The notes under the pieces were generated by a model. It had not been told where the DNA came from. It made no database searches and was given only the letters and a program-made list of their open reading frames with translations. 64,000 bases of DNA from Phoronis australis (lineage: Eukaryota > Animalia > Phoronida): NCBI GenBank assembly GCA_002633005.1, contig NMRA01000103.1, positions 940,624 to 1,004,623 of the forward strand. Reading direction: 5' to 3'. The position numbers and the translations under genes are program-made. Positions 1 through 35,172 of this stretch are shown here, in pieces (position 1 is the first letter of the stretch; each line of letters starts with the position of its first letter).

Positions 1-28
1 CATCGTTGTGATAATCCCCCCTGCCTAC

Positions 29-21159
<21,131 letters not shown>

Positions 21160-21269
21160 GCAGAGAGAAACGATTTTTAGGAACTAAAACAATCTAGTCC
21201 CGCTTTGCACGGCTTAGCCCGCAAAAGTGAAGATGGAAAGATGGACTTGTACCCTAGATAGTCAGTGGC

Positions 21270-21365
21270 ATTATCTTATCGCATATTAGTTAAATCTTCG
21301 AAAGACGACCCGAGGAGTGTCGCGAAGAAGATAAGTTTATATAAGATCATTGGGTTTTATAAGAC
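21270..21365 (-). promoter_or_regulatory. Putative core promoter of the MAM gene (TATA-like box, GATA motifs)
   Basis: TATATAAA on the minus strand at 21336-21343, about 180 nt upstream of the ATG; GATA-type motifs near 21271-21280 and 21329-21334. Motif match only. Confidence 0.3.
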
Positions 21366-22859
21366 GTTTACGTGCCATTTCAGACGTCAATTTTTAGAAA
21401 CATCCATTGTCAACTGCCAGTTCTCTTTCTAACGCTTTCTCGGTTTAAACGTTCTGATGTTGCTTATGTGTTTTTTCTGAGAAATAAAATGCGATGCGGT
21501 AACGTCGTAGGATAACGTATTGTCGTAGTGGATATCAATTTATGTAACATTGCGCTATCAGAAGCACATATTTGTTTTTCCAACGGCGCTTTTCAGTAAT
21601 TTTCTATTTATCGCAACGTTTACGTAAATTTGGTCACAATTTCTATGGGGAGGGAGGGGAGGGGGGGTGTCGAGATGTGCCTCCCCCGGCCGATAACTGG
21701 AGAAAGAGAGATGAAGTTAGGTTGAATAGAACGTGTTAGCAATAAGAGATTCACTCAAATAAGAATTCCAAATTTGAGACCAGAAAAAATTAAAGAAGTT
21801 TCACGTAAACTCTTTTGTGATAAATGTGCCCTACAGCTTAAGTGAAGATTTTAGAAATATTATTAGTCTTGTTGTCATTTTTCCTCAAAACAATTTTTTG
21901 ATGATGGATTCTGCTTAACTGATATGAAAGAGGGGAATGTTTCGCTCGAATTGAATACTCTCGTGGCTGCACTCACGAGAGAGATACAGAGAGCGAAAAA
22001 GAGAAATAATACGTTTAGTGAAATACAATAAAAATACTGTTAGATATATATAAGCTGGATATCCTTAAAGGCAAAAACCGCATCATTGAGGGACTCCGAA
22101 CAATACGATAATTCAGGTAAGCATAGGAACACATACAATAAGACGGAAAATTTTTGACTATTCATACAATACATTTGACATACGATTGGAAGACTGAAAC
22201 ACGGAATCAATACAATATTGTACTCGCACTTTGTGCTAATTAGGCTCAGATCAACTCATTTCAACAGTTACAGACTGAATGTTCGCCAAACAGTAATGTT
22301 TGTGAGAAAGTAAATGGTCACGCAATGAATGGCAGGGTGACTATTTTGAGGGGAGAGCTCCATTAATCTCGTCACAGAGGCACATGCCGTATTGAGTACG
22401 TAGACAATACATTTTTGTACTTGGCGCAACTCAAGTAAGAGCAACTTCACCAATAAAAATGTGTTAAAAATCTATTTTATTTATGGAAATGTTCTCGAAA
22501 AAAATTAACGCAGAGCCACAGAGTGCAGCCAACCATGCAATAAATTAACCAACCTTCCACCCCCCACTCAAGAATTGAATAGTAGCGTCCGGTTTGCTAA
22601 ATATTTTTACACTCGGTAGGGAAGTTTAGACACAGGAACAAAAGATTTAATCTAAGGATTGAATTTTCGTGAAACGTGTCTTCAATCAATGCTTGAGGTT
22701 TTCGACAGGTTTATAAAAATCGTCACTTAGCGCTCAACGATGGGCAATGAATGACTGTTGCCAAAGTAAAACAATTAGTTGAAACCATAACCGATATCTT
22801 TAGCAGAAAAAACAACGAAAAATAACAAAAGGACGGTCTCGGATAGAAACTTCCTTTGC

Positions 22860-23008
22860 CTTGGAGGTGGGAAAACACGTTCAGTTTGTTGCATTGCCGG
22901 ATTCTAAGAATCATGTCGGAAAATAGCGCTTACACGGATACTTCCTCATCCAATTTTCTTCCGTCAAGACTTGCAACTAACAGCACAACAGTAAAACTTC
23001 TCTGGCAT
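22860..23008 (-). mobile_element. Degenerate THAP-domain fragment
   Basis: MPEKFYCCAVSCKS*RKK..KYP, similar to the 39645 fragment. Confidence 0.4.
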
Positions 23009-25778
23009 TGGAAGGTCGATTACAATTAATGCAATCGAGTAAAACGTGACGAAAAGCAAAGCACCAACAAAAAACATGAGAAACACCAATGGCGCGACAA
23101 CGTGTCTAGAGAACTGCTTGTCGGATGTTGCAGTATTGTAGGCCAAGATCGCGAAATTGAAGTGTCGCCGTGTAACCCGGGACCAGAAATTTCTCTCTGG
23201 TTTGTGATAATAAGATACAACGTTGAGAAATGCGAAATTAAAACGGCAGGCCACTTTCAAAATGTTTGTACAATGGCACCATAGACTTCGAATACGTTGG
23301 ACTTATTCAATAATTTGGATTAACCAATTGGAATCGAAAAACGTCCAATTTAATAACGAAATGGTGCACAAGTTATAATGAAATTTCTCTTTTCTTCAGT
23401 TGTAAGGATACGAGTTGATTTTAAACGGGAACAGCGTTTTTTGGAAAATTTGACGAATTACTGATAGATGGGATAGACTTCAAGAGAAAGGGTTCACGAT
23501 ATATTTTATTGAAAGCGAAACATGCCAAATTGACCAAAAAGACTTCAGAAAAGATAACATTCCTGAAAAATCAAATTAATGCTTCTGTTTGCACTTCCTT
23601 GTCTAAACTGATCACACACGGCTTTCGACAAAGGGTTTCGGGAAGGTGGGCGAATTGCGCTCGACATCATCCTCCAAACTGAAACTCCTAGTTTTGCCCT
23701 TTTTGACCAATCGTTTGTGATAGGGGGAGATTGCGTTTTTCATATTTGAGTTATTAGATAATTTGCTTTAAAGCTTTTTAATATTGATATGAATGTGCGA
23801 TTTTTGTTGAAAGCCACTTTACAAACCGGCTTAAGTTGTAGATTTTCAAAAGATACTATTGTATTGCCTGATAGTCTGTCTTTCAAACGTCAAGCTTGTG
23901 TATTTAGCTAAACGCGTGAAAAACTGTAAATTTGTAGAGTAAAAATATTTTATATTTTCTGAAAATGGAAAACCTGCAAAATTTGTCTTTTGAATTTTTA
24001 CAACTTTATCATTAATTAGGTCAAGTTACCATGCCTTTCTGGTAAATTGTGGCAAAAGAAATAGGTACAGTGATAGAAAAACAGCAGTTTCAATGACATG
24101 ATAAATTTCATGTGAATACGCAAGACGATATCTCAAAACTCTGTTACAGTTTTCTGAATTATCAATCTGTTTTTGGTTTTATACAACTTTTTAAAAAAGC
24201 CCCAGGACTATGAAAATCTTGACGTTTTGGGATTGTGGCTGGCCCCATCTCTTACTAAGAAAATGCAAGGTGAGGGTCCGTTCCGCAAGACAATCTGCTT
24301 TCGGGTCCAAGCGAAAAAAGGTCACCTACTTGGCTTCATTTCAATATCTTGCCGAAACGGTCACATCAACAAAGAAAGCATAAGATTTGAGACCAAAAAT
24401 GTTTTTCATAGAACGAATACAGAGGCCTACAGATGTTATTACACTCAGCGTCCTTATATTAGTGATACTGCACGTCACGTGACAAACGCGTGACCTCAGA
24501 AATTTGACATATAAATGTAAATATCACAGTTCCTGGAATTTCAAATGTTGTGTTAGTGCGAATATCATTGCTCACGTGTCACAGTGCCGGCGACACCATC
24601 CGTTTCCCCCATTTTAGAATGTAAATGGACTCACCCACATAGGACGAAGATTGAATACGGACAGACTCATGGGTGAAAACGTTCAACTTGTGTTTTTTAA
24701 AACACAACGTTTGAAAACAACAGAAACGAAAAGGCGTTGCCTATTCTTTATTCATACTGACATTAGACAAGAATAAAATGCAGTACGGACGGTTTCACTT
24801 AAGACGTGACTGTAACCTTAAGATAGGCAGGATTCCATCACGAAAACAAAATTTAAATAACATAAATAACTATGCTATTTCTCATTAAAACTGTGAATAT
24901 TTAAAAGTGCAACAAGCGCAACCTTGTGACTTCTTGGAGAACTGCATGTATAAGTATACCCGTAATCAGAAAAAGAAACAATTCTTAAATAAAATGCGGC
25001 TTTAGAGTGAACACCGCAACTGATGCACTTGAACACAAGTGTGAATATATAGAAAACCCTAGTAATTCCAAATATTACGCAATCTTTGTTTGATAGTGAC
25101 ATGTACAAATACTGAAAACTGTGCCTTGTTTTATTAGATTAACGATGACATCACTGCTACACTCATTTACATAAAAATAGCTTCGCAATACGAGACTTTC
25201 GCGACATTGCAGTGGTAACTGGTTCTCGGATGGTTTCCGGCACACCGGAAGACATGAGGTTGTTTGTAAACTAGTACTTCGTTTGCATATTCACAATTTC
25301 ATGAGACATAGCATCTTTAAGTTCGTCTGTGTGAGAGAACATGAGCAAAACCTGTTGAGCCATAACAAAAAACGAATAATTAAACGATTTTTTACCTTTT
25401 TACACATTATGATCAAAGCATTCACATCTAAATATACATATAGACTGAAAATAAAATTATTTTAGAGATATTCCCAAGATGCTGGTAAGTATACAAGCAT
25501 AAAATTAATAAAAACAACGAGATTTTTCAACTTTAAAATTTTTCGATGTATCAAACATCATCATCAGGACAAGTAAGCAAGGTCATTTAACAATCTTGAC
25601 CCACACAGTGTACAGTAGAGGTAGGTCACGTATCATGGCAACAAAACATCGAAGACAATTCATTAAGACCAGTGACAACCTGGTGTACACCAGCTGGTTA
25701 TTCAGTTCAGGTTTGTGCCAGCTGATGTGAATTGATCCACTCACGGATTTGTTCCAAGCATATAAGCATAAATTACAC

Positions 25779-26537
25779 CTAAAGGTGTTCCTTCACGTAG
25801 TCATACGATGGTGGTGGAGCATTTGAAGCTTGTACAACCGTCGGAGATATTTGAGCAACTTTTGATTGTTCAATGTGATCTGAAGATTTGTTGTTTATAG
25901 ACTGTACACCAGGTGCCGCATACGAATTATGAGATGGTTCCTCATTCACAAATTGACCAACCTCGTTGACGTACCTGAAGTTCGTTGGAAGTTGGTTTGG
26001 TGCCACAATCACGTGACCGTGAGCGTTCATGACTTGTCCGTTGGGATACGTGACGACGAGTTCATCATTTCTAGCCACAGTCTGGTTACCAGAACGGCAA
26101 CCAACGGCTTTGCAGCAATAAATTGACGAGCATAAGGCAAACGCAGACTCGAAGGCTGCGACACCAATTAAAGCTATGAACAAATTTTCCAAACCAGAGT
26201 CCAACATACTCCACCATACTGCGGATTCGCCAATAACAATGAAAGCTGCGATTGCTGAAATAATGGATAGCGCCATGTGAGTGTTTATGGCGGCCTTAGT
26301 TTGAGATTTCGCCGCATGTATACCAACACTGCCAGATAAGATGGACAAAATCTCAGGCCACACTACAAGCATTCCGCGGTAAACGATCCCTGGGTAGAAT
26401 AGTATCGTCGCTACAACACCTGTCATGAGCGCCACGATGCCCAAGGTGAGCTGTGCGATTGCCATGAAGCGCAACCTCTGCATTAGCGCTTCATGGAGCC
26501 CACGTGACGCGGTTTTGCTTATCATTAAAGCCAACAT
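25779..26537 (-). CDS. CD20/MS4A-like four-transmembrane protein (252 aa, single coding exon)
   Basis: Four hydrophobic segments with the MS4A pattern (AQLTLGIVAL; VVWPEILSILSGSVGIHAAK; MALSIISAIAAFIVI; AAFESAFALCSSIYCC) and a C-tail ending PPPSY. Acceptor ttttctgcag lies 7 nt before the ATG, implying an upstream non-coding exon. Confidence 0.8.
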   Translation of the reverse strand: MLALMISKTASRGLHEALMQRLRFMAIAQLTLGIVALMTGVVATILFYPGIVYRGMLVVWPEILSILSGSVGIHAAKSQTKAAINTHMALSIISAIAAFIVIGESAVWWSMLDSGLENLFIALIGVAAFESAFALCSSIYCCKAVGCRSGNQTVARNDELVVTYPNGQVMNAHGHVIVAPNQLPTNFRYVNEVGQFVNEEPSHNSYAAPGVQSINNKSSDHIEQSKVAQISPTVVQASNAPPPSYDYVKEHL

Positions 26538-27052
26538 TCCAAACCTGCAGAAAATGTAATTAATCTATAAAAATATAGCACTCATACAGCAATATTATGT
26601 TAGCAGTTAATTAAAGCGGCATTACCTCAAATAAAAAAATTGATTAATTAAGCTAGGTAGCCCTATCCAAATGCACTTTTTTACCGTGACAGTACATTAA
26701 AACCTAGGGCAGAGTTTAATTGAAGCGTCTCAAATTTCAGAGGCTTCGCCATCCAAAGTGACTGATGTATTTTCACACATCGCTTATACCCCAGAAAATC
26801 TGTTGCTTTGAAAATCACAGCAATGACCAGCCTTTCCAACATTTGACCGCTTCCCTACATGACCCACTGCAAATCATCTCGTAATTCCAATTAAACGGTG
26901 AAGAAGATGTCACCTAGCTAGGTAATTTGCAAGTCCGTGTCAGTGATGTGGTCAATTTGCATGTTTTTTTTTTTTATTTCACGAAGTGGAGAGGATGCAT
27001 TTTAAACTGCGTGCTATGAACCCGCTCTCATAACAGAAATTAACTTTTGGTT

Positions 27053-27320
27053 TAAACCACTGTCCGCTATGAAATTGATCTCAAATTGTCCCTCAACAAA
27101 AACGGAGATGACTCCACGGTTTGAAATGAATGACATGTCGTCAGTGCTGGAGACTAGGGTCTATAATATGTTGGCTTGTCAAAACCGCCGTGTCATTTTA
27201 TGTGCTTAGCGGCAATATCTCGACGAATAACCAACTGTCAGCTCGTTGCAATCTCAGAAATCACGTCTCATCTTAGCATGAAAAACGTTGAGACCAATTT
27301 TATAACGGCAAGAAGTCTAA
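27053..27320. mobile_element. MITE, second copy at 35173-35420
   Basis: TIR ..ccgctatgaaattgatctcaa / ttgagaccaattttataacggcaagaagtcta. Confidence 0.6.
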
Positions 27321-27907
27321 ATTTAAGGAGCGCGGTAGGCCTATTAGGCCTACAATCGCTTTAATCTTGAGTGGATCCAGTGCCGTTTTTTCACCGTTCA
27401 CAAATACATTTTGCGTCTTAAGATCCACGCGGTGTTCATTTGAAGTAAAACAAAATTTCATAAGGACATTAAATGACATAAAACGCTCTGTTTACAATCT
27501 CACAGCAGAGGGTATTCTACATTTTGTTCATGAACACCAAAATTATTTTTACAGATTAAGAACAAAAAGTTGTTGACATTGGCGAAAGCAAATGTCTTTG
27601 AAAAACTCACACTGCTACGTCTTAAAATACTTACTTTTATAAATTTTTCTGAACTGTTTACAACTTTTTCGTCGGTCGACCAAATGCCACTTTGTTTCAA
27701 AACTCCCTGTCTAGACCTATTTATAGACACGCGTAGGATTTCCCCAAAATGACGGAAACCCTGTTAGAACATTTTCCCTTCATATCTATTGGGCAGTTTA
27801 CGGAGTGACGTCACTTGTTTATCGGGAATCACCACTACTCATGTTGCCGGGTGTGCGATCATAGAAGTAAGTTTTACGACCAAAATTGTTTGATAACTCG
27901 GTCACAA

Positions 27908-28031
27908 AAGTTCATTCTATGGAAAGTCGAGACTTAGGTATGACCTAAATTTCTTGTATCACAGGGTGTTACAGAAGTTCATTCTATGGAATGTCGAGAC
28001 TTAGGTTTGACCTAAATTTCTTGTGTCACAC
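27908..28031. repeat. Tandem duplication, 67-bp period
   Basis: aagttcattctatggaa.gtcgagacttaggt.tgacctaaatttcttgt.tcaca occurs twice. Confidence 0.85.
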
Positions 28032-29109
28032 TGCCGAGGTCAAACAACCGTGTTCAATCGGGGTTCATGATTTCCGTCATTGACTGGCTAAGACTCAACG
28101 CTACGCGTATTTGGATCTGCAGGGCATGTTCTCCTTCGAGGTTTACGGATACATATTACAACGAAAGGTGTGTCTGTGCCCTCCTTGCAACATCTAAGAC
28201 CCGCCCGCGGCAATTGCACACATTCCCATGATCCAACCCATGTCCGATAATGGAATGCTAGTGTTGTGTACTTTGTATAGCTCATCGTACTCACTGTAAC
28301 ACCAGGAAGATAAATCCTTGAGTCATGAATACTACGGAATAGTGTGTATTGCTGTTGTTATACATTCAGCGTATAGTACAACGGAGTTGTTGTTGTTGTT
28401 GTTGCTGAGTAGATTTGTTTGTTCAACGTAAGTCGAGCACGTAATGCCGTGCAGAAAGTCAAACCTCTACTGAATAGGACCTATTAATATACGGGGAGAC
28501 TGAATGTGAATGAATGTTGTAAAATAAATCTATTTATTTCACTTGTATTTCCGTGTATTTGTACAGTGAGGTGATCCAGTGAATCGTTGAAAGCCTCAGA
28601 AGTCGGTCCGTCATATATTCCTTATAAGATTTTCACTTTTTTACAAAAGGCAATAGAAACTGCTTATTAAGTAATATGTGTACCCGCTCTTTCTCTGTCC
28701 ACATGACACTGTGCTGACTTGGTTTTTGCTGCGGATGACGCGACTACGAGAGCCGAATACTCTGATAAGGAATAACGGCTGCGAATAATGAGCTCGGTCG
28801 AAGACAACTCGTTGCCGGAAGACTTTTCTAACTGACAAACATCGTTGTTGGTGGCAACTTTCCCCATCTGGTGAAGGCACACTCAAAATATTGAACCAGG
28901 AAATAGGCTATGTCACTTATGTGGTCTCAATGCTTCACTGAATCAAAACTGATTTTTTTTGTCGCTGTACTATATATCACGACTAGAAAACGATATAATG
29001 AGGCCAACAACTTGCATTCTACTTTCTGATGTAGATAAATGTTTAAGTTTAGCTTATTTTTTATTGTGTAATTTGTTCAGGCAGCTTTCTGTTTTTTGTT
29101 CATGCAAAC

Positions 29110-29386
29110 TGAAAAAGTGGGGGAGGACTAAAGCCCCTCAGCACCCCTGTATTGCACCGCCTATAGACCACGTGTGGCGTAGCATTGAAAAAAGTGGGGC
29201 ATGGCCCCCTCCCCACATGGGCGGCGCAGCACTAAAAAAGTGGGGAGGGCTAAAGCCCCCTCAGCCCCCCGTGGTTCACCGCCTATAGACCATGTGCGGC
29301 GTAGCAATAAAAAAGTGGGGCTATAGCCCCCCAGCCCCCTATGGTGCGCCGCCCATGCCCCAGCCCCCTATGCTGCGCCGCCCATG
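29110..29386. mobile_element. CATGGGCGGCGC-family MITE, tandem or nested copies
   Basis: Repeated gcactaaaaaagtgggg..agcccc units and termini catgggcggcgca / tgcgccgcccatg. Confidence 0.7.
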
Positions 29387-30649
29387 TCGAAATGAAGCAT
29401 TTTTAAACACAAGGCTGGGGTATTGTTAAACACTGCTTTGTAATCGGTGACATAAGTCCAATGGGCTTGTACGTTTTTAAATTTTGAATTAATTGTTTAA
29501 ATTAAAGTGCGTGTCATCTTAATAAACAGATAATGCCACTACTACTGCGACTATTACTATACTGGTATCACCATAGTCACATCGCAGCAGAGGATTTTTT
29601 TACCGTTCGTTGTGAAATATTTACGTATTGTTTTAGGTGACTAGAACGAATGTTATCCCCACCAACGCCAGGATCAGTAGCTGAATATTGTTTATAGTTA
29701 GCTTATTGACTAAACTTGACTGCAATACATACAGCCCAAGTTATGTAACTATTAGGTACACGTGGTCCTAACCAGAGCATCTCCCGTTCAGGGCCTTCAA
29801 GGAAGATGCACGGACTCGTGGCACTCCAGGTCTAATTATAATGCACCGCTCGGGAATTTTCAAACTCATCGAACTATTGAAAAGGGAACAAATAAAAGGG
29901 CATTTAATTCATAAGCCAACACAAGCGTGTATTACCTTTGCTTCAGCAGCGACCTTGATCGGTTCAGATTATTTCAGACGTGATGCGGTATTTTCAGACA
30001 AAAACATGACCTTATCTCATAATATCAGAGATGAAGAGCAATGACAAGCAACCATTGCTGCTTTTGATTACTATGGATCCTTTCTATCCGTTCTCATCCT
30101 TTGCCGAACTATTTTTGAGCGGTCACTCACGAAATACCTTCGATTTCCACGATATGATATTGCCAGTTAAAGGTGAGCCGACTCGAGACAGTCTCCACCT
30201 TGTGACTAGATAAAATACTACAAACTGACTGGCTGACCACCACTCGACGTCAACCAACTCCCGTGAAGCGAACAAAACAAGAGGCAAACACGTAAAAAAG
30301 TGAAAACATATGACGGTTAACCAACTTCAATGCGAATAGAGATACTGGTGATTGGTCGGAGTGGCTGGAAAGTTGAGTTGTGGAGAAAGATGTAAGCACG
30401 CTATTTACGCCCGATCCCAAGATTTCTCCCTCCAGTACCTCGAGTCTTGCAGCTCTGTTGAACACGTTTGGAACGTTCTGACTCACTGAGAGATATGATT
30501 TTTCCAACACGTGACTTTTTAACGATACATCTGTAGGATGACCACGTTTAGGAGTGATTCAATAAAGACCAATTTTAGGCTCGTCAAGCTAACGACCTCA
30601 AATGCTAAACTCGAGTGTCTCCCACTTCGCACTGGCTCAATGTGCCACC

Positions 30650-33560
30650 TGTTGTGCCGATCGACAGACTTGACCAACAGCTGTATCGGCTCCCGATTTA
30701 AAACGCCAAAATGACACAAGCCACACCAGCAGAAATCCCTCCTAATCGGTAAGGATTGAAAGGCTCGCCATTTCCACTTTTCCTGTCTTGATTGTCTTCA
30801 CTTTCGTTTGCGTCTTCGATAAGTTTTACTCTCGACAACCACTCCATAAAATTTCAAGATGTGCAGGTGGGGTTGGGCCTTCAAAAAATTCATCTACCGG
30901 CATGCTCGACACTACAACCACTTGGGTGACATTCTTTAAAGAAGAACAATTCACTAGATTGCCGTAAGAGTATTCGAGTACTACGGTGAACCTGGGATCT
31001 CGTGAGACGTGCGTATCGATGACGTTACGTGCCAGTTCCACAGTTGCATATTGGAGAACTTCGCTAACGACAGACAAAATCGGGGGATAGAAATGATTCA
31101 ATGTTTTTTACGTGTTTTAATGATGTTGTCTGTTCAACTGCAGGTTGAAAGTCTGAAAGCTCGGGCCATAAGATAGATTTGTACCTGAAAGGCGCGTAAC
31201 AGGCAGTTACAGTGCAGTGGGTGGATAGACACAGAAAAGAAACGGACCCGGTTTTTACTGCTCACTGACCGCTATCAAGATGTCCAATGGGAGAACGTCC
31301 ATAGTGTTATCACGAAAAAACAAACGTTGCAATTATTTATATTTTTCAAGGCTCCTTCCTCAATTCTTTTTACGCCACAGTATTCCATTTCAAGAATTTC
31401 AAGACAAGAAAACCGAATACGCCATGACTTATTATTCGAATTCTGTTTCCAGACAAGATACAGTCAGTTCCGCAAAGAAGTCAAACTATTGAAGGCAGTT
31501 TTGCCAATGTACTCAATGTGAGCATTGGACATGCGCAGTTGTCAAATCTTTGGCAGCACCGAAAACATTTTGTCCGTCACGGAAGCGAGATTGTTACCGC
31601 TTACGTTTAGGACAATAAGGGCGATTATTCTGAAGGTCGTAAAACTTCCAGCATAGTTATTCTAAATGTCACTCAAATCGGATAGGTTGCAGTCCGACAG
31701 TTCCAAGTAAACAAGGTTTCGCAGATTTTCAATAAATGTCTTTGAAACGACATACTGCTCAAAATTTCCTTTCACTTTCAGTCTACAGACATTCGTAAGA
31801 GAGGGCACGTTACATCAATGTCACATTTAGGTTGCTAATGTCAACTTGGGCATTTGGAAAAAGTAAGAGAGAAGCGAATTGTATACTTCTAACTGGATTG
31901 CCGTCTATCGCCAAGGATAGGGTTTGTTTTGGTCTCACAAAATCTGCAGAAGCTATTGTGGAAATCTTATTGCCACGGAAATAAAGAAATTTCAAGGCTG
32001 TTAAGTCTTCAAAATATTGGTAGCCGAGAGAAATTAGGTCGTTGAGACTTAGGTCAAATACATACAGTTTGAAGAGATCTCTAAGCATTTCGCGATGACA
32101 TTTCATTTTGTAATTCTATTTGAAAGATATAGATGTTCCAGTGCTCTCATGTCCAATAATGACCCTTCCTCTATTGTCGTTATTCTGTTGCGATCTCGCG
32201 CGAGTAATCGTAGAGATTCCAGACAAGCGAACGTAGACCTGTTTACCATTTTCAGCCTGTTTTCATTGAGTGAAAGCCCTTCAGTCGAAGAGAGCAGAAA
32301 TCGCCGATTTCAAGTTCTAAAATCCAGTTGCCAAAGGATTAGGTCTATAATGACAAAATAGCTAGAAGAAACACACCCAGCCTCCAGTTTCTACAAGTGA
32401 TTGTGCATTAAATCCAGGTACTGCACTGAGGGTAGCACTAAGCCATAAATCTCACTTATGGAATTGTTTCTCAAAGTCAAAACAACTAAAGTTCCCAATC
32501 CATGAAAAACGTCCTGGTGCACTGCGGTTACATTACGGCGTTTTCCCGTTGCTCCCAACTTGTTCGATTCTATGCCCAACAACAAGTTGGGAAGTTTACC
32601 CCTGAAGCCAATATCTTACACGACTGGTTAACTCCATTCTGGCATTTAGGGTTGGAGGGCCATCTCTCTTTTGTTCGACAATTGCTCTAATCTCCAGTGA
32701 GATCATATCTAGCCTGACTGAGCTGTGCTGCTAAAAATAAAAGTTAAGTTATAACATATTTGAACATAAATTGACCAATAGTATTTCTGAAATCCTCGTC
32801 ANATTGGTGATCATGTTTAGTTTTTGAATTGCCAAAATCGTCCAACTACAACCGACAATCTATTCTTTCCGAATGTGGTACCAATTCGCTCTGGGTTTGA
32901 CTGTGTTCACACGTGGTCTGGTAGATAATTGGCCTTCCTGTTGTCATACCAGACAACAGACTGTGCTTGGCAGTTAACAAAAAAGCTAGATGTTATCACA
33001 CGCTCACAACCCTCTACGTCTGGTAAAGTCACTGAACGGAAAGACGCCGTCATGAAATTGTTGCTGTCGAGGTGAAGACTCGTCAATGTATTCAACCAGT
33101 TGAATATTCCATTTGATATCACTGAAATTTTGTTACTTCCATGTAAAATTACCCAAGAACGGGCAAGCCGCCTAACATGTTTCCATCCAATGAGGTAATG
33201 CCGGTGTGATTTAATGCCGTTGTGGTTTAAACGTAGTAGGCTACTCTTAACGCAGGTGTTTCTGCAATGAATGCGTCTTGGAGCAGAAAGGGTGATAATT
33301 TGTTCCTCGTGAGATCCTGAATATTCAAGTAATCAAACCAGCCAAATTTCGTCTTGACAGAGTGCCAGATTTGTTACGACTCAAATCCAAGGTTGTAATT
33401 TTGTTGGATGCAGAAAAGAGTCCGTCCACGATATCTGATGCTTGGTTAGCTCTCAGACTAACATGTTTCACTTGCAGTGCCTGAGTGATAAGGTTTCGAT
33501 CAACATGGCGGATACCGGCCACAGGATCAGATAGCCACGGTTTTGGTGTTTGTGAAGCTC
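30650..33560 (-). pseudogene. Degenerate intronless leucine-rich-repeat (LRR) receptor pseudogene
   Basis: Many LRR fragments in shifting frames (ITTLDLSRNK; LTSLHLDSNNF; LVVLTLRNNSISEI; LYVFDLSLNDL; LKFLYFRGNKIST; LVYLELSDCNLS; LIVLNVSGNNL) with in-frame stops. LRRCT-like PLHCNCLL near 31200-31225 and a possible TM remnant GGISAGVACVILAF near 30700-30745. Confidence 0.8.
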
Positions 33561-34502
33561 TGCGTTTTTTTTCCTAACCACAACTTTGTCTCTCCACTTC
33601 AGACAGCTAGCAAAGGAAACTGTCCAACTTGCACTCGACGGCGCCTCCTAGTACAGAACTACACGTACACCCGCCTCATCCCTTGCAAGAAACGTGATGC
33701 GTCAAGAGATGAACATTAATACTCATGATGTCGCGGATGAGTCCGCCACTGACAGCTCCTGTCGACTAATTTGTGGAAATACACCATTTAACAAAACACC
33801 CAAAATGCCTAATTAATGTATTACCGTGATTTCCCAAAATTGGGAAGTGACTGTACTGTCAGGATTGCGCAAAGCCACCCATCAAACATGCCTCAAGGAG
33901 TCGCTGTCTAACGTTGAGAGCAAAAATAAATACTCTGGCAAGATTGATCAATAACCGAAATGACAGACATGATTTACGGATGGCCGATAAGAAGACAGAT
34001 CAGCCGTGTTCACATGCAAGTTTTTTCAGACGGCGCATTAGACTTCTCTGGTCTGATCTCCATGTGAACACTTTACAATACCAAAAATAAAAAATAAACC
34101 GAGCGCCGGAGTTGAATTTGAAGACAACTGGGTGACTGTAACTATGAGCTGTTGTTTTATACCTCAATGAAAGCTGACGACTCAAACCAGGCTATATCAT
34201 CTAACGATATCGCTAAAACGCGTTTTCGGCCATAAAAACAACAATGCTCCTTTAAGAGAATTTGTATTGAAGAACAGACAGTCCCTTGTTTGATGAACAA
34301 TAAGGTTGAATTCAAATTAAACGGAATTTTGTGAATGATATACATTAAAAAAATCACGACCTTTGGCCCGGGTACGAAAACCCAAGACGATAATCAAAGG
34401 GTGCTCTGCTACCCTTGCGAGAGAAACTGGACGTGAAAACTAACAACCAAAGTTGCCAAGGTGAGGTATTGGAAAGGTAAGAAAGTGCATCAATTTTAAT
34501 GT

Positions 34503-34503
34503 C

Positions 34504-34556
<53 letters not shown>
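34503..34556. repeat. (CAA)n microsatellite
   Basis: Direct reading. Confidence 0.97.
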
Positions 34557-35172
34557 AACTACAACCTGTTGATGTTTACGCAACGAACCCGATCGATAGT
34601 CCTTTATTTTCTAGGACCCTTGTGCCTCACCCGTTTCCACTTCCCAGTCAGGTAAGTACTCAACCAAGAATTGACCTATCGCAAGCTACGCCCCCTTGCG
34701 TAATGTCGACAAACAAATAAGTTTTACTAGGCAACGTAATGTTTGTCGGGTAAAATGGCTGCTTGGAAACAAAGGTGTGTCAAGAATACTGCGTTCTGAT
34801 TGGTCAGTTAAGCCGTCACTCATAATCCTGGCGCTAGGTCTATTGTACGGCATGGTCGCTGTATGCATGTATACCATGCGATAATCATTGGAGTGTAGTA
34901 GATTTACACGAGCTTGACGCTGAACTCGGTGAAATATGATTAAAATACATTGCAGCGAACCTGTCTCTGCAGTACGCCTGCAAAAGTCTTACGTCATATT
35001 GTCCTTGCGCTTGTGGTACTTCGCCGCAAAGGTAGTGCTATGATTGGCCTAACCGCGTTTGTCTGAACTCTTCTTCTAAACTTCTTTATCTCAGAAAGAA
35101 ACTGGTGTCACTCGAACTTCTCTACCTTAAATGATTCTACAAACTCGCCTTCCATCACCAAAACATTTTTGA

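Noticed and set aside
28300-28900. Possible solo LTR
   Set aside because: One end looks LTR-like (aataaa..acaaca on the minus strand), but I found no matching start, TSD or internal domain.
29800-30720. TIR domain completing a Toll-like receptor
   Set aside because: No TIR box motifs (YDAFxSY, RDxxxG, FW) are recognisable in any frame.
34499-34720. Poly-Thr mucin-like ORF
   Set aside because: It is the translation of a (CAA)n microsatellite, with no splice or domain support.
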